Shown: positions 9,824 through 15,193 of the stretch, in pieces
Numbering within the stretch: position 1 is the stretch's first letter
Layout: each line of letters opens with the position of its first letter
Assembly: GCF_006345805.1 (NCBI RefSeq)
Contig: NW_021825549.1
Location: 1 to 15,193 of the forward strand
Reading direction: 5' to 3'
Origin: Octopus sinensis
Taxonomy: Eukaryota
DNA: 15,193 nucleotides
Notes under the pieces: model-generated
What the model was told of the DNA's origin: nothing
Seen by the model: only the letters and a program-made list of their open reading frames with translations
Database searches by the model: none
Position numbers and translations under genes: made by a program

Positions 9824-10237
9824 CACACATATATATATACATTTACATATAAATATATATGCATATACATGTATATATATATATGTATGTTAGTATGTAT
9901 GTGTATGTGTGTGCATGTATGTGAGTGTGTTTATACATACATACATGTATACACATACATACATACATACATACACATACATACATACATACATACATGC
10001 ATACATACATACACACATACATACATACACACACATACATACATCATATATACATACTACATACATACATGCATGCATACATACACACACACATACATCA
10101 TACATACATACATACATACATACATGCTACATACATACATACTACATACATACACATACATACATACATACATACATACATACATACATACATACATAAT
10201 ACATACATATGTGTGTGTGTATGTGTATATATCACAC
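9620..10237. repeat. Compound microsatellite tract (CA/TA/TG/TACA)
   Basis: Includes (AT)n at 9786-9820 and degenerate (TACA)n at about 9935-10205. Confidence 0.93.
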
Positions 10238-10432
10238 AACACAAGCACAACACGCGCGGACAGACACGTGTTTCCGTAAACATTTATTAGCATCCTGATA
10301 TTAGAATGCTCTCAGTACAACTTTACGTTATTAACATTTTATAAAAAATATATATATTTAAGGCTGTTCTTGTGGATAAGTGTGGTAATTTTTTTCCCAG
10401 AGACATTGAAAGTTTCATAATACTCACACGTT

Positions 10433-10441
10433 CTCTCTTCC

Positions 10442-10494
<53 letters not shown>

Positions 10495-10550
10495 GAGAAA
10501 CACATACATATATATATATATATATAATATTTATATATATATATATATAT
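10433..10550. repeat. Compound (CT)n-(CA)n-(TA)n microsatellite
   Basis: (CT)n 10449-10480, (CA)n 10481-10494, interrupted (TA)n about 10507-10550. Confidence 0.95.
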
Positions 10551-10557
10551 TATTTAT

Positions 10558-11177
10558 ACTGGCCCTCCATCAGTTATGAGAACGAGTGTTCCAGTTGATT
10601 CGATAAACCGAACAGCCTGGTCATCAAATTAACATGCAAATGCTCTTCAAGTGGAGGCACATGGCCTAGTAGTTAGAGCAGCGGACTCGCAGTCGAGGGA
10701 TCAGGGGTTCGAATGTGTGTGTTTATGAGCGAAACACCTAAGCTCCACGCAGCTCCGGCAGAAGGTAATGGCGAACTTCTGCTGACTCTTTCGCCACGAC
10801 TTTCTCTCACTCTTTCCTCCTGCATCTTACAGCTCACCTGCGACGGACCGGAGTCCCGTCCAGGTGGGGAACCTATACGCCAAGGAAACCGGGAAACTGG
10901 CCCTTATGAGCCAGGCGTGGCTTGAGAAGTAACAAACAAATACTCTTCAAGCATGCGTGCCCGTAACGTAGTTTTCAGGGAGATTCAGTGTGACGAACAA
11001 TGTGACAAGGCTAGCCCCTTTTTGAATTACTGGTACAATTCATTTTTGCCAACTGAGTGGACTGGAGGAACACGAAATAAAATGTCTTGCTCAAACATAC
11101 AACATACCGCCGGGAATCGAACTTGTTATCTTATAATTGTGAACCGAATACCGTAGCCACTAAGCCAAGCCCCTTCA
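10558..11177 (-). mobile_element. Older CORE-like tRNA-derived SINE, split by a nested SINE at 10652-10936
   Basis: Minus strand: canonical A-box TGGCTTAGTGG (11167-11157), B-box GTTCGATTCCC (11122-11112), then a CORE-like GTTGTATGTTTGAGCAAGACATTTT (about 11103-11079). The 3' limit near 10558 comes from a remembered consensus and is approximate. Confidence 0.72.
10652..10936 (+). mobile_element. tRNA-derived SINE nested inside the CORE-like SINE
   Basis: A-box TGGCCTAGTAG (10662-10672), B-box GGTTCGAAT (10706-10714), body CCTGCGACGGACCGG…CCCGTCCAGG…GAAACCGGG, (AAAC)n tail. TSD CAAAT(G/A)CTCTTCAAG at 10637-10651 and 10937-10951 (14/15 identical). Confidence 0.87.
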
Positions 11178-11281
11178 CAAATACAGACGTACATACATAC
11201 AAACATATATACATACGTTCATAGACACACATATATGCATGCATGCATAGTACAAAATAGGAATATGTATAGTATAGTTAA

Positions 11282-11870
11282 GGCGGCGAGCTGGCAGAAA
11301 CGTTAGCACGCCGGGCGAAATACTTAGCGGTATTTCGTCTGCCGCTACGTTCTGAGTTCAAATTCGACTTTGCCTTTCATCCTTTCGGGGTCGATTAAAT
11401 AAATACCAGTTACACACTGGGGTCGATATAATCGACTTAATCCCCTTGTCTGTCCTTGTTTGTCCCCTCTGTGTTTCGACCCTTGTGGGTAGTAAAGACA
11501 TAGGTATTTCGTCCGCCGCTACGTTCTGAGTTCAAATTCCGCCGAGGTCGACTTTGCCTTTCATCCTTTCGGGGTCGATTAAATAAATACCAGTTACACA
11601 CTGGGGTCGATATAATCGACTTAATCCCCTTGTCTGTCCTTGTTTGTCCCCTCTGTGTTTAGACCCTTGTGGGTAGTAAAGACATAAGTATTTCGTCTGC
11701 CGCTACGTTCTGAGTTCAAATTCCGCCGAGGTCGACTTTGCTTTTCATCCTTTCGGGGTCGATTAAATAAATACCAGTTACGCACTGGGGTCGATATAAT
11801 CGACTTAATCCGTTTGTCTGTCCTTGTTTGTCCTTTCTGTGTTTAGCCCCTTGTGGGAAGGAAATAAATA
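11282..11870 (+). mobile_element. Family A SINE trimer: one head + three tandem bodies (A4)
   Basis: Body starts at 11329, 11503 and 11687 (periods 174 and 184). Flanked by the direct repeat AAATAGGAATATGTATAGTATA(G/C)TTAAGG at 11255-11283 and 11866-11894 (28/29), which partly overlaps the element ends. Confidence 0.93.
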
Positions 11871-12112
11871 GGAATATGTATAGTATACTTAAGGAAGATA
11901 TTTTTGAAAGTTATATAAACTACTGTATTGATCGCGAGAAAGCATCTGGTATAAATGTTTAGTGTTAAAAAACACGAGTTTATATCAGAACCAGTTGAAA
12001 ATCTTCTAGCAGCAGTGATAACATTATAAAAAACGTATTTCTAGCTCATTAAGCTTCGTCAGTATATATGTATGAATATATTCATATGTACACATACATA
12101 TATACAAGCCTT

Positions 12113-12133
12113 CATACATACATACATACATAA

Positions 12134-12188
<55 letters not shown>
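12113..12188. repeat. (CATA)n followed by (TA)n microsatellite
   Basis: Direct reading of the sequence. Confidence 0.93.
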
Positions 12189-12193
<5 letters not shown>

Positions 12194-12227
12194 TATATAT
12201 CATATGTGACTATTAGTTGGTTGTCAT

Positions 12228-12288
12228 AATAAAACTCAAAGCTTCGGATGCCGGGGCTGAAGTCTGCTCCGGCATTTCATCAGTTATT
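12228..12288 (-). ncRNA. Degenerate type I hammerhead ribozyme motif (probably inactive copy)
   Basis: Minus strand: AATAA-CTGATGA-A-ATGCCGGAGC-agacttca-GCCCCGGCAT-CC-GAAG-C-tttga-G-T-T-TTATT. Stem I 5 bp, stem II 9/10 bp, minimal stem III. Deviations: GAAG instead of GAAA and an imperfect 10.1-11.1 pair. Confidence 0.55.
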
Positions 12289-12669
12289 TTAATAATGATT
12301 GATACGGGAGACGGAGTGTAACAAAAAGCTTTATTTAGCACAACAACAATTTCGGTTGCCTTCTTCACTGACCCCTAATGGATAGGGAACGATGAAATGT
12401 ACCAGATGCATCTCCCAGTGTACAGGACCCTTATCAGGTGACGTAAATACAACTACCCAGGTTTCCTGGTCGAAATAATTTATTTCGCCGGTTATCAAAT
12501 TGAAAACAAGACCGTTTGTCAGTTGTCTTTTGAGTAGATGATATTTAAACTAGAGACGCCTGTAATGAAGACAAGAAGAACAACACAAAAGAGATAACCA
12601 ACGTTACAATAATTCGATGTCAGGCAGACATAAACCAGATGTTAATGGTTTACAAAGAGTCTGGTAGCC

Positions 12670-13790
12670 TACTTTTAAATTCTGACAAGATGTGTTTCTT
12701 GAAATGAAAATCTTGTTCCTCGAATTTATTTATTCGTTGGAGGTTCTCAAATTCTTTAAGAAACATAAGTTTTCAAGAAAACACACTGAACAATTTTTGA
12801 CTCGTTTATATAGGGTCTGGATTTGGAGAGGATTTTTCATTTGATGTCGAAAATGGTCTATTCGTCTTTAAGTTTCCAGATTAAAACCGAAATGATTGTT
12901 GAATGTCTCTTATCACGATACTTAAAATCCAAAAGGATGGTTGTTATATCTGGATTAAAATTTACCTTCTACGGCTCCGATATAACGTGTGATATCTGTT
13001 CTACCTCTGTCGTAGTTCGCTGAAACTTGTGATTCTTAATCAATAGACGATATATCACACTCCTGTTCCTAGCGGACATAAAGACTTGTCTTTACATGTG
13101 CATCTGGAGCAGGCTAAAGCCGTCCGTTGCTTACTGGTATATGACTTAACAAAGGCGGCGAGTTGGCAGAAACGTTAGCACGCCGGGAGAAATGCTTTGC
13201 GGTATTTCGTCCGCCGCTGCGTTCTGAGTTCAAATTCCGCCGTGGTCGACTTTGCCTTTCATCCTTTCGGGGTCGATAAATTAAGTACCAGTTACGCACT
13301 GGGGTCGATATAATCGACTTAATCCGTTTATCTGTCCCTGTTTGTTCCCCTGTGTTTAGCCCCTTGTGGGTAATAAAGACATAGGTATTTCGTCTGTCGT
13401 AACGTTATGAGTTCAAATTCCGCCGTGGTCGACTTTGCCTTTCATCCTTTCGGGGTCGACAAATTAAGTACCAGTTACGCACTGGGGTCGATGTAATCGA
13501 CTTAATCCGTTTGCCTGACCCTGTTTGTCCCCTCTGTGTTTAGCCCCTTGTGGGTAATAAAGAAATAGGTATATGACTTAACATTGGAGGACAAGAAAAG
13601 GTAACTTTTATTGCGTGTCTGTTAAAGATTTTTATTGTAATAATGGGTTCTAGGGAAGTGAATATCTATTAAGTGAAAGAATCTTCTACCTAAATTTATC
13701 CCAACATTAAGGCAGAAGCGAGGCTGGGGGACGAACCATAAAACTTTCTGAGACCTGTACTTACGACTAGATCACCCTATGCTTCCTACC
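12670..13790 (-). mobile_element. Decayed Penelope-like element (linker + GIY-YIG endonuclease), interrupted by the SINE dimer at 13152-13567
   Basis: Minus-strand hand translation: RKYRSQKVLWFVPQP (WF 13738-13733)…GRRFFHLIDIHFP…KIFNRHAIKVTFSC.PNVKS (continuous across the SINE TSD), CTCKDKSLCPL…IVY, RYIGAVEGKF*SRYNNH (YIG 12984-12976), STIISVLIWKLK…IK*KIL…RPY…CSVCFLE (12792-12781)…NSR. These match Penelope-type WFNPP/KIFNR/SC.PN, CxC..CPL and YxG motifs. It may extend weakly to about 14090. Confidence 0.78.
13152..13567 (+). mobile_element. Family A SINE dimer: one head + two tandem bodies (A5)
   Basis: Body starts at 13201 and 13384 (period 183). Perfect 16-bp TSD GGTATATGACTTAACA at 13136-13151 and 13568-13583. 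Confidence 0.94.
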
Positions 13791-14365
13791 CCGCCAAACG
13801 TCACGCTAGGTTTAACTTTAGATTTCTTAATTCTATGCTCTTATTCTCTTATTTCATGTTTGTAATTATTTGGTGAGGCAGCTGCGATGATAACAAGGTC
13901 CATTGGTCTACAACAGATCTCACAGAGAGCTGAATTTGAAATCCCATTTTTTTTATCGCCTGCTAAACTAAAAAGAAGTGGGGACACTAAAAACTGGTCC
14001 CTGACAGACCAGATAAATGGTTCAACAGAGCTGGACATACCGCTAACAATCACCTTGTTGACAATGATTCCGAAGACAACTTTCACGATTCTTCATCTAT
14101 CTCATGGAGCCGTCTCCCAGACAAATGCTAGATATAATGTCTTATTTTAAATTAGGAACTTTTCTAGTTGTCTCGCTAAGAAAATGGCGCCAATAGTAGA
14201 CCGAACTGGCATAATCTCAAGGCATAAATTCAAACTGTATCTCATCTCGGCTAATTATCTTGCTAATTAGCTGTTCCCGTAACTCTGCTATTTTCATTAC
14301 ATGGTCTATCAGCATTTTCACACTTTTTTCTCTTCATGGTGTTGATGAGGGCCGATGCAGCGCTT

Positions 14366-14379
14366 CACACACACGCACG

Positions 14380-14423
<44 letters not shown>

Positions 14424-14625
14424 ACACACACACACAAATGCCTATATATGTATATATATAAGTATATTATGTATACATGAACATGTTTGTATATATGATG
14501 TGTATATGCATATCTAATATATATATATAAGTATATTTATATATACTTATATATATATATATACATACATATATATATATATATAGGCACACACGTGCGC
14601 GCGCACACACACACACAAATGCCTA

Positions 14626-14669
<44 letters not shown>

Positions 14670-14696
14670 AGTATATTTATGTATACAGAACATATA

Positions 14697-14728
<32 letters not shown>

Positions 14729-14730
14729 CT
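14366..14730. repeat. Compound (CA)n/(TA)n tract with an internal ~181-bp duplication
   Basis: (CA)n 14366-14436. The anchor CAAATGCCTATATATGTATATATA occurs at 14435 and 14616. AAGTATATT(T)AT occurs at 14460, 14529 and 14669. Confidence 0.88.
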
Positions 14731-15193
14731 AAGCAATAAGGGTTTAGCAACGAGTTGCCTTACCACATACCGAATTTAGAAATAGCAGTCAAAGGGTTAT
14801 AAGCTATTTCTTCTACTAAAAAGGGAGATCTCAGTAAAAACAGCATTTGGAAGGCAGACACAAACAGGTAGAGAGAATGAATTGACTGCAATCTATCATA
14901 CATTTTTTTAGTATCCACGGACGTACGTTTCGAAATCAAGTTTTTAGGAAAGCATAAGAATTAAATATTAAATATTAAATAATTCTATCTTACCGAACTC
15001 TTTTTCTTCCGGTAGAATACTATATCATAAATGATTATATATTGAATTTTGAGATACCAGAAGGCACCAACTCAACTCAGTAAGAGCGAGCTAGAATCCG
15101 CAACTGGTATCACCGAATTCATTTGTGAATGAAACGATTGTGTCAACAGCCCATATATATATATATGATGTGTATATGCATAATCTAATAATG

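Noticed and set aside
2269-10293. Many 60-256 aa ORFs made of YIHT, MYVC or HTHT repeats
   Set aside because: These are translations of stop-free (TACA)n, (CA)n and (TG)n microsatellites, with no domain or coding evidence.
10653-10720. Possible tRNA gene (also 11112-11177 on the minus strand)
   Set aside because: A and B boxes are present, but there is no acceptor stem or complete T-arm and both continue into SINE bodies. They are SINE heads.
11329-11870. CRISPR-like or satellite interpretation of the 184-bp periodicity
   Set aside because: There are no unique spacers or cas genes, the context is eukaryotic, and the units are SINE bodies.
13841-14150. ORFs 13841-14086 (-) and 13887-14150 (+) as genes or as the Penelope RT
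   Set aside because: Only faint resemblance to the Penelope RT thumb on the minus strand and no catalytic RT motif found, so they were left outside the called element.
15104-15149. Plus-strand hammerhead half-motif: ATTCA-tttg-TGAAT-GAAAC…GTC with a partial stem I
   Set aside because: The 5' core reads ATCACCGA rather than CTGANGA, too degenerate to separate from chance without a family consensus.

Overview
Eukaryotic, gene-free nest of transposable elements and microsatellites. I found no intact host gene; nearly all ORFs in the supplied track are microsatellite translations or fragments of dead transposon ORFs. The SINE sequences and the (TACA)n/(CA)n load look like an octopod cephalopod genome, but that rests on my memory of repeat consensuses, not a search. 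Left to right: a decayed Mutator/Phantom-like FLYWCH + DDE transposase (-) split by a SINE; a 15-bp tandem array; an RTE-like LINE 3' end with a probable RTE 5'-UTR piece; a 5'-truncated R4/Dong-like LINE (RT, CCHC, restriction-like endonuclease) between two (TACA)n arrays; a long CA/TG minisatellite; a SINE nested in a CORE-like SINE; and a decayed Penelope-like element (-, GIY-YIG) with a degenerate hammerhead ribozyme downstream. One tRNA-derived SINE family ('family A') occurs at five loci. The most notable signal is that two loci are head+(184-nt body)n multimers, each inside a single TSD and sharing the same junction. That junction motif (GGTAT) resembles the genomic target sites and is absent (CGTAT) from the two TSD-flanked monomers. 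All translations and alignments were done by eye.
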